A program made the position numbers and the translations under genes. 64,000 bases of DNA from NCBI GenBank assembly GCA_965238225.1, contig OZ250183.1, positions 384,001 through 448,000 on the forward strand, given 5' to 3'. Below the pieces are notes generated by a model. The model was not told where the DNA came from. It saw nothing but the letters and a program-made list of their open reading frames with translations, and made no database searches. This DNA is from Gammaproteobacteria bacterium (lineage in GTDB: Bacteria; Pseudomonadota; Gammaproteobacteria; Eutrophobiales; Eutrophobiaceae). Of the stretch, positions 20,923-32,556 are shown piece after piece (within the stretch, counting starts at the first letter, position 1; every line of letters begins with the position of its first letter).

Positions 20923-21249
20923 ATGCTAGAGTTTTTTACCAATAATGCATGGGCTGCGGACGCACCTGCACAGGGCGGTATCATGAGTCTTTTACCATTA
21001 TTTATTCTCTTTGCCGTATTTTGGTTCTTTCTTATCAGGCCACAAATGAAGCAAGCAAAAGAGCATAAAATCATGGTTGCAGCACTCGCCAAAGGTGATG
21101 AAGTTGTAACTACGGGGGGTCTACTGGGAAAAGTTAGGGAAGTTGGTGACAACTTCATTTTGCTTGAAGTTAGCAAAGAGGTTCAGATTAAAATACAGAG
21201 GAATGCCGTTTCAGTAATCATGCCTAAGGGCACAATCAAAATACTTTAA
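20923..21249 (+). CDS. yajC: Preprotein translocase subunit YajC
   Basis: FFLIRPQ..K.KEH, KGDEVVTTGG. Confidence 0.95.
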   Translation: MLEFFTNNAWAADAPAQGGIMSLLPLFILFAVFWFFLIRPQMKQAKEHKIMVAALAKGDEVVTTGGLLGKVREVGDNFILLEVSKEVQIKIQRNAVSVIMPKGTIKIL

Positions 21250-21275
21250 GACAAAAAACAGATTTAGATAGATTT

Positions 21276-23132
21276 ATGAATCGTTATTCTTTGTGGAAAT
21301 ATATTTTCATACTTATTGTTATGGCAGTGGGTGTGTTCTATGCCCTGCCGAATCTATATGGTAGTGCACCTGCAGTGCAAATCTCTGCGCCAAGTGCTGC
21401 AGAAGAAGTCAGCGAATTGACTGAGTTGCAAGTCAACATTGCATTAGATGATGCGGGTATAAAACCTGCATCTATGGAATTAGTTGGAGGTTTATTGACG
21501 GTTCGCTTTATTGATGAAGAAACCCAATTAAAAGCTCGGGATGCCTTGCAAGAAGAACTGGGAGCCGGCTATGTTGTGGCACTAAATCTTGCCCCTGCCA
21601 CACCTGATTGGTTACGAAACTTAGGCGCAGAACCCATGTTTCTTGGTCTTGATTTAAGGGGCGGCGTTCACTTTCTGATGGAAGTCGATATGGAGTCTGC
21701 CATTAAAACATCAGAAGAGCGTTATGTTTCAGATATACGCACACTCTTGCGTGAAAACAAGGTGCGTTATAAAACCATTACCCGGGAAAATGAAGGCGGC
21801 TTGCTGGTGAGGTATCGTGATATTGTCCAGAAAATAGACGGTGACAAACTAACCAAAGATAATTTTCGCGATCTGGAGGTTGTTAAAATAGAAACGGAAG
21901 AACCAGAAACCCGTTTAATACTAAACTCCGATGTGGTTAAAGAGACAAAGAAAAATGCTCTGCAACAAAATATCACCACGTTAAGAAAGCGTGTTAATGA
22001 ACTGGGTGTTGCCGAGCCTGTGATTCAACAACAGGGACTGAAACGTGTTGTAGTGCAATTGCCTGGCGTTCAGGATACTGCAAGGGCGAAGGAAATTCTT
22101 GGCGCAACGGCGACACTGGAATTTCGCTTAGTCGATGATGAGCATTCCCTTCAGGATGCTATCGATGGACCAGTGCCTGCAGGCTCACGTCTTTACAAGA
22201 ACAGAAGTGGTGGGCAGGTGCTATTGAAGAAACGCATCATGTTAACTGGTGAATCTATTATTGATGCAGCATCCGGCATTGATCAACGCTTTGGCAGTCC
22301 TGATGTTTCTATTACTTTGGATGGCAAAGGCGCCAAACAAATGAGTAATGCAACAGGCGATAATGTCGGTAAGCGTATGGCTGTTGTTTTTATAGAAACC
22401 AAGACAGAGACCATAGATGTGTACGGAGAGAAGATCAAGAAAAGGAAAAAAGTTGAGGAAGTCATTAATACTGCGACAATTCAGGAACAGCTAGGCAAAA
22501 GATTTCACATCACAGGCTTGGACTCAACACAGGGAGCCCGTAATCTAGCTTTATTACTGCGCGCTGGCGCGCTGGCTGCACCTATAGAAATTGTTGAAGA
22601 ACGTACCGTGGGTCCAAGCTTGGGCAAAGACAATATCGCCAAAGGCTTTAATTCAGTGAAGATTGGTTTTGTTCTGGTATTGATTTTTATGATAATTTAC
22701 TATCGTGTATTCGGTTTGTTTGCTGATATTGCATTGACTCTAAACTTAGTATTAATTATTTCTCTGCTGTCTTTATTACAAGCAACATTGACCTTGCCAG
22801 GTATTGCCGGGATTGTATTGACGGTGGGTATGGCGGTGGATGCCAATGTGCTTATTTTTGAGCGTATTCGCGAAGAGATTCGCAATGCAAATTCTCCACA
22901 AGCTAGCATCCATGCAGGTTATGAGAAAGCATTTTCAACCATTGCTGATGCCAATATTACAACCTTAATTGCAGCAATAGTGCTGTTTAGTTTTGGAACT
23001 GGGTCAATTAAAGGCTTCGCGGTGACACTGTCTTTAGGCATTGTCTGTTCCATGTTTACTGCCATTATGGTGACGCGCGCATTTGTTAATTTAACTTATG
23101 GCGGATGTAAGTTAGATAAACTAAGAATTTAG
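21276..23132 (+). CDS. secD: Protein translocase subunit SecD
   Basis: LGLDLRGGVHF, RVNELGVAEP, GMAVDANVLIFERIREE. Confidence 0.98.
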   Translation: MNRYSLWKYIFILIVMAVGVFYALPNLYGSAPAVQISAPSAAEEVSELTELQVNIALDDAGIKPASMELVGGLLTVRFIDEETQLKARDALQEELGAGYVVALNLAPATPDWLRNLGAEPMFLGLDLRGGVHFLMEVDMESAIKTSEERYVSDIRTLLRENKVRYKTITRENEGGLLVRYRDIVQKIDGDKLTKDNFRDLEVVKIETEEPETRLILNSDVVKETKKNALQQNITTLRKRVNELGVAEPVIQQQGLKRVVVQLPGVQDTARAKEILGATATLEFRLVDDEHSLQDAIDGPVPAGSRLYKNRSGGQVLLKKRIMLTGESIIDAASGIDQRFGSPDVSITLDGKGAKQMSNATGDNVGKRMAVVFIETKTETIDVYGEKIKKRKKVEEVINTATIQEQLGKRFHITGLDSTQGARNLALLLRAGALAAPIEIVEERTVGPSLGKDNIAKGFNSVKIGFVLVLIFMIIYYRVFGLFADIALTLNLVLIISLLSLLQATLTLPGIAGIVLTVGMAVDANVLIFERIREEIRNANSPQASIHAGYEKAFSTIADANITTLIAAIVLFSFGTGSIKGFAVTLSLGIVCSMFTAIMVTRAFVNLTYGGCKLDKLRI

Positions 23133-23166
23133 TGCTGCCAGACTACTGAAGAGTGAGACTAGAAGA

Positions 23167-24102
23167 ATGGAACTTTTAAAAGAAAAATTAAACATTGATT
23201 TTATGAGTAAGCGTAAGCTTGCCATAATATTTTCTTCTACTCTGCTTGTTTTTTCTATCGTTTCACTTGCCGTAAATGGTTTGAATCTTGGTATTGATTT
23301 TACAGGCGGGACGTTGGTTGAAGTTGGTTACAATGAGGCGGTTGATCTTGAAAGTGTTCGTGCTTCTCTAGCTGCTTCAGAGTTTAGTGAAGCAACTGTT
23401 CAATATTTTGGTAGTGCCAGTGATGTCTTGATTCGTGTTGCACCAAAAGAAGATGTCAACATAGCAGAAATTGGTGGTGCGATTATTGAGCTATTACGTT
23501 CCGATAGGCAGACAGTAGAAATGCGACGTATTGAATTTGTCGGGCCTCAGGTTGGCGATGAGCTGATAGAAGATGGGGGCTTGGCGATGTTATATGCTTT
23601 GCTAGGGGTTCTTATTTATGTCGCTTTGCGTTTTCAGATGCGTTTTTCTTTCGGAGCAATCGCTGCGTTGATTCATGATGTCATCATTACTGTCGGTATA
23701 TTTTCAATCATGCAGATGGCTTTTGATTTAACTGTTCTTGCAGCATTACTGGCTGTGATTGGTTATTCATTAAACGATACTATTGTGGTGTTTGATCGCA
23801 TTCGTGAAAATTTCTATAAAATGCGTAAAGCAACTCCGATTGAAGTAATAAATGCTTCATTAAATCAGACACTTAGTCGAACTATTATGACATCTGTTAC
23901 AACTTTGCTTGTATTAATGGCTCTGTTTCTTGTTGGCGGTAAAATCATTCATGGGTTTTCAACCGCATTGATTATTGGTGTTTTGATCGGAACTTATTCA
24001 TCTATGTTTGTGGCAAGTCCGGTAACTCTGTTTTTGGGTATTACTAAAGAAGGCTTGATGCCTGTAAAGAAAGAAGGCGTAGATCAGAAAAGCTATACCT
24101 AG
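23167..24102 (+). CDS. secF: Protein translocase subunit SecF
   Basis: GIDFTGG, VGPQVG, GYSLNDTIVVFDRIRE. Confidence 0.98.
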   Translation: MELLKEKLNIDFMSKRKLAIIFSSTLLVFSIVSLAVNGLNLGIDFTGGTLVEVGYNEAVDLESVRASLAASEFSEATVQYFGSASDVLIRVAPKEDVNIAEIGGAIIELLRSDRQTVEMRRIEFVGPQVGDELIEDGGLAMLYALLGVLIYVALRFQMRFSFGAIAALIHDVIITVGIFSIMQMAFDLTVLAALLAVIGYSLNDTIVVFDRIRENFYKMRKATPIEVINASLNQTLSRTIMTSVTTLLVLMALFLVGGKIIHGFSTALIIGVLIGTYSSMFVASPVTLFLGITKEGLMPVKKEGVDQKSYT

Positions 24103-24179
24103 AAAATGATAGATGCTGAGTGACACAGTTTATCGCTGTAATTTTTTCTACTTAATCAGAAACTAAAGCTATTTTTCTG

Positions 24180-25346
24180 ATGAAAATTGTTGCTGATCAA
24201 CAAATCCCCTATGCAGCGCAAGCGTTTTCAGAATTCGCAAAAGTAACGATTTGTAATGGGCGTGAAATGACCGCTGAAAGCATTCAGGATGCGGATGTTC
24301 TTTTGGTGCGGTCTGTCACTGCTGTTAATGCAAATTTACTTGAAGGCAGCGATGTTAAGTTTGTTGCTTCGGTCACCAGCGGTCTGAGCCATATTGATCT
24401 AGGTTATTTACAAGAAAACGACATCGGTTTTGCCCATGCGCAAGGCAGTAATGCCAGATCTGTCGCTGAATATATCTTTAGCAGTCTTTTTGTTCTTGCA
24501 GATCAGTACGATTTTAATTTTCAAGATAAAACTATCGGGGTCATTGGCTGTGGTGAGGTGGGTTCTAATGTCGTTAAGTTGCTTGAGACAATGGGCGTTA
24601 AAATTATTATAAATGATCCACCATTAAAAAATGCATGTGCAAATGACATAGACGCTGGTGAAAAATATCGTGATCTTCAAGAATTATTTCCCGCGGATAT
24701 TATCACCCTGCATGTTCCTTTGACAAAAAATGGATCTTATCCAACGCATAATCTGGTTGATAAAATATTCTTAAGTCAATTAAATGACGATGTCATTTTA
24801 TTAAATACTGCGCGTGGCGGAGTCATTGATGAAGTTGCGTTAAAAAATCATCTGGCAAGTCATGGGTCTATGAAAGTGGTATTGGATGTCTGGAAAGATG
24901 AGCCGGATATTGATTTAGATTTACTTGCACAAAGTGCCATAGGTACGCCGCATATCGCTGGCTATAGCACTGATGGGAAGCTTTGTGCAATAGAGATGAT
25001 TTTTGAATCTATTTGTAATTTTTTTAAATTGGATTACAAGTGGAATTCAGCCCTTAAGTTGCCTGATGCTAATAGTCTTTTGTTACCTTTTACGTCTGCA
25101 TCAGATGATAAAGATGTGATACGAATGGCTGTTCTAGCAAGTTATGATGTCAGGAGCGACAGCGTCGCGTTAAAATGCTTACCTGAAGTTGATGTTGAAC
25201 AACGTGGCCATTACTTTGATGCACTAAGGAAAAATTACCCCGTAAGAAGGGAGTTTCCAACGACGCTATTGCATTTGCCTGCCAACAGGAAAATCTTAAT
25301 TGTAAAATTGCAACAACTGGGATTTAATGTGAAGACATTTTCGTGA
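24180..25346 (+). CDS. pdxB: 4-phosphoerythronate dehydrogenase
   Basis: MKIVAD, LLVRSVT, NARSVAEY, TLHVPL, TPHIAGYS, FDALRKNYPVRRE. Confidence 0.92.
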   Translation: MKIVADQQIPYAAQAFSEFAKVTICNGREMTAESIQDADVLLVRSVTAVNANLLEGSDVKFVASVTSGLSHIDLGYLQENDIGFAHAQGSNARSVAEYIFSSLFVLADQYDFNFQDKTIGVIGCGEVGSNVVKLLETMGVKIIINDPPLKNACANDIDAGEKYRDLQELFPADIITLHVPLTKNGSYPTHNLVDKIFLSQLNDDVILLNTARGGVIDEVALKNHLASHGSMKVVLDVWKDEPDIDLDLLAQSAIGTPHIAGYSTDGKLCAIEMIFESICNFFKLDYKWNSALKLPDANSLLLPFTSASDDKDVIRMAVLASYDVRSDSVALKCLPEVDVEQRGHYFDALRKNYPVRREFPTTLLHLPANRKILIVKLQQLGFNVKTFS

Positions 25347-25948
25347 ATTCTATAGAGAAAAAAATAAGGCTTGGTTTTTTAGCTTCCGGTCACGGCAGTA
25401 ATATGATCGCCATTTTCAATCATTGTAAAGCAGGCAACCTTGATGCTGAACCTGCTGTGGTGATAAGTAATAATTCAGATTCAGGCGCACTGGAGTACGC
25501 GCGTGAAAAGCAAATTCCTGCATTTCATTTGAGTACACGGACACATCCGGAAAAACTTGATAGTGTGATCACAGATACATTAAAATCCCACGCTGTGGAA
25601 TGGATCATTCTTGCGGGTTATATGAAGAAGATTAGTCCTTATTTACTCGAAGAATTCCAAGGTAAGATTTTCAATATCCACCCATCTCTTTTACCCAAAT
25701 ACGGCGGCAAAGGAATGTTTGGGAATCATGTGCACAAATCTGTTCTTGACTCGGGCGATTTTGAAACCGGAGTCACTATCCATCTGGTAAATGGCGAGTA
25801 CGATGAGGGTAGAATTTTGGCACAGAAAAAAGTTTATGTGAAAGCGGGCGATACCCCAGAAACATTGGCAGCAAGGGTTCTGAAGGTTGAGCATGAGCTT
25901 TATTCTAAGGTTTTGCAGCGTGTTGTTGCAGGCGAGGTTAGATTGTAA
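25343..25948 (+). CDS. purN: Phosphoribosylglycinamide formyltransferase
   Basis: LASGHGSN, LAGYMK, NIHPSLLPKYGG, GVTIHLV..EYDEG. Confidence 0.93.
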   Translation: MNSIEKKIRLGFLASGHGSNMIAIFNHCKAGNLDAEPAVVISNNSDSGALEYAREKQIPAFHLSTRTHPEKLDSVITDTLKSHAVEWIILAGYMKKISPYLLEEFQGKIFNIHPSLLPKYGGKGMFGNHVHKSVLDSGDFETGVTIHLVNGEYDEGRILAQKKVYVKAGDTPETLAARVLKVEHELYSKVLQRVVAGEVRL

Positions 25949-26031
25949 TTTAGATTTTTGTTTGTCATTCATCTCGCCTCTTACCAGTTAAGATATTTTA
26001 TCTTTAAAGTACAGGCTAAAAAAAGTATCTA

Positions 26032-26052
26032 AAGGTTGTAAAAAGAAACCTT
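26032..26052. promoter_or_regulatory. Inverted repeat upstream of the TA operon (candidate antitoxin operator)
   Basis: AAGGTT-N9-AACCTT about 50 nt before the antitoxin ATG. Confidence 0.4.
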
Positions 26053-26102
26053 ATTGTATAACAATCGAAATGAGTTAAAAACCCGAGATGGGGGGTAGCT
26101 TT

Positions 26103-26321
26103 ATGGCCAAGGCAATAAAACTGTCTGATGAATTGGTTGCAGATGCTACTGCGCACGCTAAAATTCACTATAGAACACCGCCACGCCAGATTAAATACTG
26201 GGCGAGGATAGGAAAAATCGCGGAAGAAAATCCAGATTTACCTCTGGGTTTTGTTAAGGATATTTTAATAGCGGTAGAAGAAAGCGATGTTGGTGATGTG
26301 TCTCAATATCAATTTGGATGA
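26103..26321 (+). CDS. ParD-like antitoxin
   Basis: MAKAIKLSDELV..A......RTPPRQIKYWARIGKIAEENPDLP, C-terminal YQFG; precedes a RelE/ParE toxin. Confidence 0.85.
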   Translation: MAKAIKLSDELVADATAHAKIHYRTPPRQIKYWARIGKIAEENPDLPLGFVKDILIAVEESDVGDVSQYQFG

Positions 26322-26345
26322 AAATTGAATAACGAGAATTAAATA

Positions 26346-26622
26346 ATGAAGGTTGAACAAACCAGATTTTTTTGGTGGCAGAGTTAAAAAACTTAAGGTT
26401 GATGAAAAAAAATCTCTTGATAAGGCGATTAAGGAAATTATGAGCGATCCTGATATAGGCGCAATGAAAGCGGGTGATTTATCCGGTGTGCAGGTTTATA
26501 AGCACAGGCATAATGCGCAGCAATATTTATTGGCCTACCGCGTTAAAGAAAAAGGCACTCTGTTAGAATTGCTTGAACTAGGGTCGCATGAAAATTTTTA
26601 TCGTGACCTTAAGCGGAAATGA
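26346..26622 (+). pseudogene. RelE/ParE-family toxin with a +1 frameshift in a T7 tract (may be expressible from TTG 26353)
   Basis: ATG 26346 gives MKVEQTRFF then stops at 26385-87; removing one T from 26367-73 joins it to GGRVKKL...PDIG..KAGDLSGV.VYK...LLAY...LGSHENFYRDLK. Confidence 0.7.
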
Positions 26623-26690
26623 TCAGTTAAGGAAATTCAAATAAGAACAGGACGGAATCGCTTGTAAATTATCTTGGTGTCAGAGGCAAA

Positions 26691-27182
26691 TCAGATTTTG
26701 TGCCGTTGAAATTCACCAATAGTTTTATTTTTAAAAACCTCATCATGCTGAAACAGCTTGCCATTCATGGTGATATAGACACCATTTTTTAAAGTTTGCA
26801 CGGAAGCTATAGCACAACCCAGATTAAATAAGGCATCAGATTTTTTGAATTGGTAAGGCATCATTGCGCCAAGCAGAACAATCGTTTTGTCTTTTACTTT
26901 GGCACCAAGCACCTGACTGGTTTCAACCATAGTATCAGTGCCATGGGTAATGACTATTTTAGATTCATTGCAGCCCAGACAGGAGCTTAGAATTTTCTGT
27001 CTGTCATTATCATCCATATCCAAGCTGTCTTTTAACATGACAGTTTCGTATGAAATATCCAGCTTGACTCTGCCTTGCGATAGCATATTCTGAACGCCAG
27101 ATTGAGTAAATATCAGCTCACCATTCAATTCATTGTATTGCTTGTCGATGGTGCCACCAGTAATCAATAGCCTTATTGTCAT
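26691..27182 (-). CDS. Short single-domain asparaginase-family protein
   Basis: TGGTIDK, KDSLDM, ITHGTDTM, LGAMMP. Confidence 0.88.
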   Translation of the reverse strand: MTIRLLITGGTIDKQYNELNGELIFTQSGVQNMLSQGRVKLDISYETVMLKDSLDMDDNDRQKILSSCLGCNESKIVITHGTDTMVETSQVLGAKVKDKTIVLLGAMMPYQFKKSDALFNLGCAIASVQTLKNGVYITMNGKLFQHDEVFKNKTIGEFQRHKI

Positions 27183-27402
27183 AAGATTCTGCAAGTTCAC
27201 CGCATGTGAGATTATAGAGGATTATAACTGTATTCTATTATCGACAAGCAGGCAATTATCGGTAAGGCTAATTTGTTGTCAATGCAGGTTGACTCAGTAA
27301 GGTCTGTCAATGAGAATTATACGTTCCCAAATATGGGGTAAGGAGGAGTTTCGCCATTTTCGCCATCAATAATAATGACAAGATAATACTGAAAAGATAC
27401 TC

Positions 27403-29907
27403 ATGATTTATTTTATAAAAAATTGCTATCGCAGCATGGTATTTAATCATCCTATTTTTACTATATTTTTATTACTTTTGCTATTCGCTTTCTTTGTTTC
27501 CCATGTAGAAGATTTTAAGCTGGATGCTTCAGCGGATGCCTTATTACTTGAGAATGATAATGATCTAAAAATATTTCGTGAATTGAATGACAGGTATGCC
27601 ACCAACGATTTTCTTTTAGTTATTTTTACGCCTAATCAGGATTTATTTTCCGATAGTTATCTGCATATCATCGCCAGTTTAAGAGACGAATTGAAACAAC
27701 TGGAATCAACCGAGTCTGTTACTACTTTACTGGATGCGCCGTTGTTAAAACAGGCAGAGGGCTCACTATCTGAGCTGGTTAGCAATTATCGAACATTGGA
27801 ATCTAAGGATATTGATAAGCTAAAAGCTAAGACCGAACTGATCACAAGCCCGATATTCAAGGAGCTGCTCATTAGCTTAGATGGCAGTACCACTGCTTTG
27901 CAGATTAATCTTAAAGGCGATGACACATTTCGAGCATTATTACACAAGAAAAATACACTGCTTTTAAAGCGAGATGAAGGCTCATTGACAACGGATGAAA
28001 GTTTGCAGATCGAAAATATCGCTAAAAAATATCAGGCGCGCAAGACTGAAATAAATAAAAAAGCTCATAAAACCATCATTGATATTCGTGCAATCATGCA
28101 GAAATATGAAAAATTTGGAGTGTTGCATCTTGGTGGCGTGACCATGATCTCCGATGACATGGTTACTTTTATCAAAAAAGATCTAGCTGTCTTTGGTTTT
28201 GGTGTTTTTGTCTTCCTTGTCGTTATGTTGCGTATTATTTTTGGGAATGTTCGTTGGGTAACATTACCATTATTGAGTTGTGTTTATGCTGGTGTGTTAA
28301 TGATTGGTTTGTTAGGATTTGTTGGTTGGAATGTTACGGTGATATCTTCTAATTTTATTTCTTTGATGTTGATTATCACTATGTCGATGAATATTCATTT
28401 AATAGTTCGTTATCGACAGTTATGTGAAGATTTCCCTGATTTAAATCAGAAAGATCTGGCCATGAAAATGATCGGAAAGATGGTTTGGCCATGTTTTTAT
28501 ACCACGCTGACGACAATCATGGCCTTCAGTTCTCTTATCGCGAGCGGTATCAAACCAGTCATAGATTTTGGCTGGATGATGACGACAGGTTTGACGGTTA
28601 CATTTGCCACAACCTTTTTCTTATTTCCCGCCTTGTTGATTCTAATGAAAAAGCCTGAATCTGAACGAAGACAGGAAGATAATTTTCAGATAATGTCAGT
28701 TCTGTCTGCGTTAACAGTGAACTACGGTGGCAAAATTCTATTTTCATCTGTTGTTTTATTTATTGTCAGTATCATCGGAATTTCAAAACTCGAAGTAGAG
28801 AATAGTTTTATTGATTATTTTAGCAAAGATACTGAAATCTATCGCGGTCTTAAGTTGATAGATGATAAATTAGGTGGCACGACATCTCTTGATATCATTC
28901 TGAAATTTTCAGAAGAAATTGAAGATCAAGTTATTGAGGATGATTCCGATGAAGAAGATGGCTTTGATTTTGATAGCGCAGATGAAGATCCAGCAGACTA
29001 CTGGTTTACACCGGATAAAGTGAATGAAGTCAAAATGATCCATAATTATTTGGAGGGCTTGCCTGCTGTTGGCAAGGTACTTTCATTGGCTTCCTTTATT
29101 CGTGTTGGCGAAGATATAAACCAGGGCGAGTTCAATGCCTTTGAATTGGCTATCGCCTATAAGTTTATGCCAGCGACATTGAAGTCGAGTATGATAGAGC
29201 CTTATATCTCAATTGATGATAATGAAGCACGGATTAACCTGCGTATTCATGATTCTCTTGAAAATTTACGTCGCAAAGAATTGCTCGAACAGATTCATTC
29301 TGATTTAACCAGTAAGTTGGGGTTTTCTGAAAATCGGATTGTCATTTCTGGGCTTTTAGTGCTGTATAACAATATGTTGCAGAGTTTATTTGACTCTCAG
29401 ATTTTGACTCTGGGTATGGTTATGATTGGGATTTTCTTAATGCTACTGGTGCTTTTTCGTTCAATTTCTCTGGCAATTATTGGCATTATCCCAAATATTC
29501 TGGCATCGGGTATTATTCTCGGCTTGATGGGGTTTCTTCGGATTCCCCTTGATATGATGACCATCACCATTGCAGCAATAACGATTGGCATTGCAGTGGA
29601 TAATTCTATCCATTATATATATCGATTCAGGGAGGAATTTACCAAGAATCAAGATTATATCGAGACTCTACATTATTGTCATGCAAATATTGGCAAGGCT
29701 GTTTTCTATAATGCCATTACTATTATCATCGGGTTTTCCATGTTGGTTTTGTCTAATTTTATCCCGACTATCTATTTTGGTATATTGACAGCATTCGCCA
29801 TGCTAATTGCCTTATTGGCAGCATTGACCTTATTGCCAAAATTGATTTTAGTCTGGAAGCCGTTCACAATTCCATCCATATCTGATACACATGCAGAGGT
29901 GAAATAA
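27403..29907 (+). CDS. MMPL/RND-superfamily exporter (HpnN-like)
   Basis: 834 aa with two repeats of periplasmic loop plus TM bundle; FKLDAS, GIAVDNSIHYIYRFREE, acidic loop. Confidence 0.88.
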   Translation: MIYFIKNCYRSMVFNHPIFTIFLLLLLFAFFVSHVEDFKLDASADALLLENDNDLKIFRELNDRYATNDFLLVIFTPNQDLFSDSYLHIIASLRDELKQLESTESVTTLLDAPLLKQAEGSLSELVSNYRTLESKDIDKLKAKTELITSPIFKELLISLDGSTTALQINLKGDDTFRALLHKKNTLLLKRDEGSLTTDESLQIENIAKKYQARKTEINKKAHKTIIDIRAIMQKYEKFGVLHLGGVTMISDDMVTFIKKDLAVFGFGVFVFLVVMLRIIFGNVRWVTLPLLSCVYAGVLMIGLLGFVGWNVTVISSNFISLMLIITMSMNIHLIVRYRQLCEDFPDLNQKDLAMKMIGKMVWPCFYTTLTTIMAFSSLIASGIKPVIDFGWMMTTGLTVTFATTFFLFPALLILMKKPESERRQEDNFQIMSVLSALTVNYGGKILFSSVVLFIVSIIGISKLEVENSFIDYFSKDTEIYRGLKLIDDKLGGTTSLDIILKFSEEIEDQVIEDDSDEEDGFDFDSADEDPADYWFTPDKVNEVKMIHNYLEGLPAVGKVLSLASFIRVGEDINQGEFNAFELAIAYKFMPATLKSSMIEPYISIDDNEARINLRIHDSLENLRRKELLEQIHSDLTSKLGFSENRIVISGLLVLYNNMLQSLFDSQILTLGMVMIGIFLMLLVLFRSISLAIIGIIPNILASGIILGLMGFLRIPLDMMTITIAAITIGIAVDNSIHYIYRFREEFTKNQDYIETLHYCHANIGKAVFYNAITIIIGFSMLVLSNFIPTIYFGILTAFAMLIALLAALTLLPKLILVWKPFTIPSISDTHAEVK

Positions 29908-30109
29908 TTTTTTCGTTTTGAACCTTTTTTTCTTAAGTGGAACTAATTAAAATATAATTTTTCGCCAAATTAATATCATTGATCAAAATATCTATCAGGT
30001 TTATATTGATTAGGGTTATGTTAAATTATGGTCATTTCAAAATATTGAGAGGCTCAGTCAGGATAATGAACTGGAGAAGAAATTTAAGAAGTCATCCTTA
30101 TATATTAAG

Positions 30110-30775
30110 ATGAAGGTTCTTTTAATGAAAAAAATAATGAAAAAAATAATATCCCCAATAATTTTTGGGTATTTGATATTTTTATTCAGCACAGCGCAAG
30201 CGGATATTCAGGCAGCTGAAAAGGTGGTGATGCATACTGTGGATACAGTGCTTGAGCGACTGTCTACTGAGCGCGAAGCGTTTGATTCTGACCCTAAAAG
30301 GATCTATGACTTAGTGAATGAAGTAATTATTCCCAACTTTGATTTTATTAATATGTCAAGATGGGTTCTGGGTAAAGAGATTTGGCGTGCTGCTTCCGCA
30401 ACCCAACAGCAACAATTTGTCTCTGAGTTCAGGACTTTACTGATTCGTACTTATGTCAAGACTCTTCTGGAATATTCTACCTTGCTGGGATATTCTAATA
30501 AGGCAATAGAATATTTGCCTGTGAAAGAAAATCCTGATTCAAATCTGACCGTAGTAAAAACGAGAATGAGTAAAGCAACAGGTGCTGTATCAGTTGATTA
30601 CCGTATGCGTATTAATGGCGGTAAATGGAAAATCGTTGATCTCGTTGTTGATCATGTCAGTCTAGTTAAGATTTACCGTGGATCGTTTGTCTCTGAAATC
30701 AAAAAGAATGGACTTGATTCTACGATCAAAAGATTGTCGGAACGCAATGCAGATATAATTAATCCCCCTAGATAA
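30110..30775 (+). CDS. mlaC: MlaC/Ttg2D-family periplasmic lipid-binding protein
   Basis: Signal peptide (AQA), PNFDF..MSRWVLG, QFVSEFRTLLIRTY, VDYRM, WKIVDLVVD.VSLV. Confidence 0.85.
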   Translation: MKVLLMKKIMKKIISPIIFGYLIFLFSTAQADIQAAEKVVMHTVDTVLERLSTEREAFDSDPKRIYDLVNEVIIPNFDFINMSRWVLGKEIWRAASATQQQQFVSEFRTLLIRTYVKTLLEYSTLLGYSNKAIEYLPVKENPDSNLTVVKTRMSKATGAVSVDYRMRINGGKWKIVDLVVDHVSLVKIYRGSFVSEIKKNGLDSTIKRLSERNADIINPPR

Positions 30776-30986
30776 TACACTTGCCATCTGATATTTTTGT
30801 TATCTTTCATCCGCTACCACATAATTAACAGCATTAAATGCTTTTGCCTTCGCGTATCAATTCTTTAATGCTGAAATCTTATTAAATCATGTAAACTGCC
30901 TCGTGATTTGTTTAAGTTAAACAGAAATACACAGGCCGATTTTTCTGTTTATATTAATTTTTTTATTGGATTTTGAGGAGCGACAC

Positions 30987-31247
30987 ATGCAGGTTGAAGA
31001 AATCAAAGAGCAGATCGAGCAAGGGCTTGCTGATTGTGAGGTATTTGTGGAAGGGGATGGGCGTCATTTTCAGGTCATCGTTATTAGTGATGAATTTTCA
31101 GGAAAAAACATGGTACAACAGCATCAGCTGGTTTATAAGACTTTGGGGGATAAGGTTGGTGGTGATATACATGCCCTGTCAATTGACACATACACTAAAG
31201 AAGAGTGGCAACAACAGAAAAACCTTCAAGGAATTCAAATAAGCTAG
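30987..31247 (+). CDS. BolA/IbaG-family protein
   Basis: GDGRHF, F.GK.MVQQHQLVY, IHALSI; GAGGAG SD before ATG 30987; precedes murA. Confidence 0.92.
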   Translation: MQVEEIKEQIEQGLADCEVFVEGDGRHFQVIVISDEFSGKNMVQQHQLVYKTLGDKVGGDIHALSIDTYTKEEWQQQKNLQGIQIS

Positions 31248-31252
31248 ATTAA

Positions 31253-32521
<1,269 letters not shown>

Positions 32522-32556
32522 TTCTGTTTACGTGTTTAACCTAGGAAGTTTAATTA

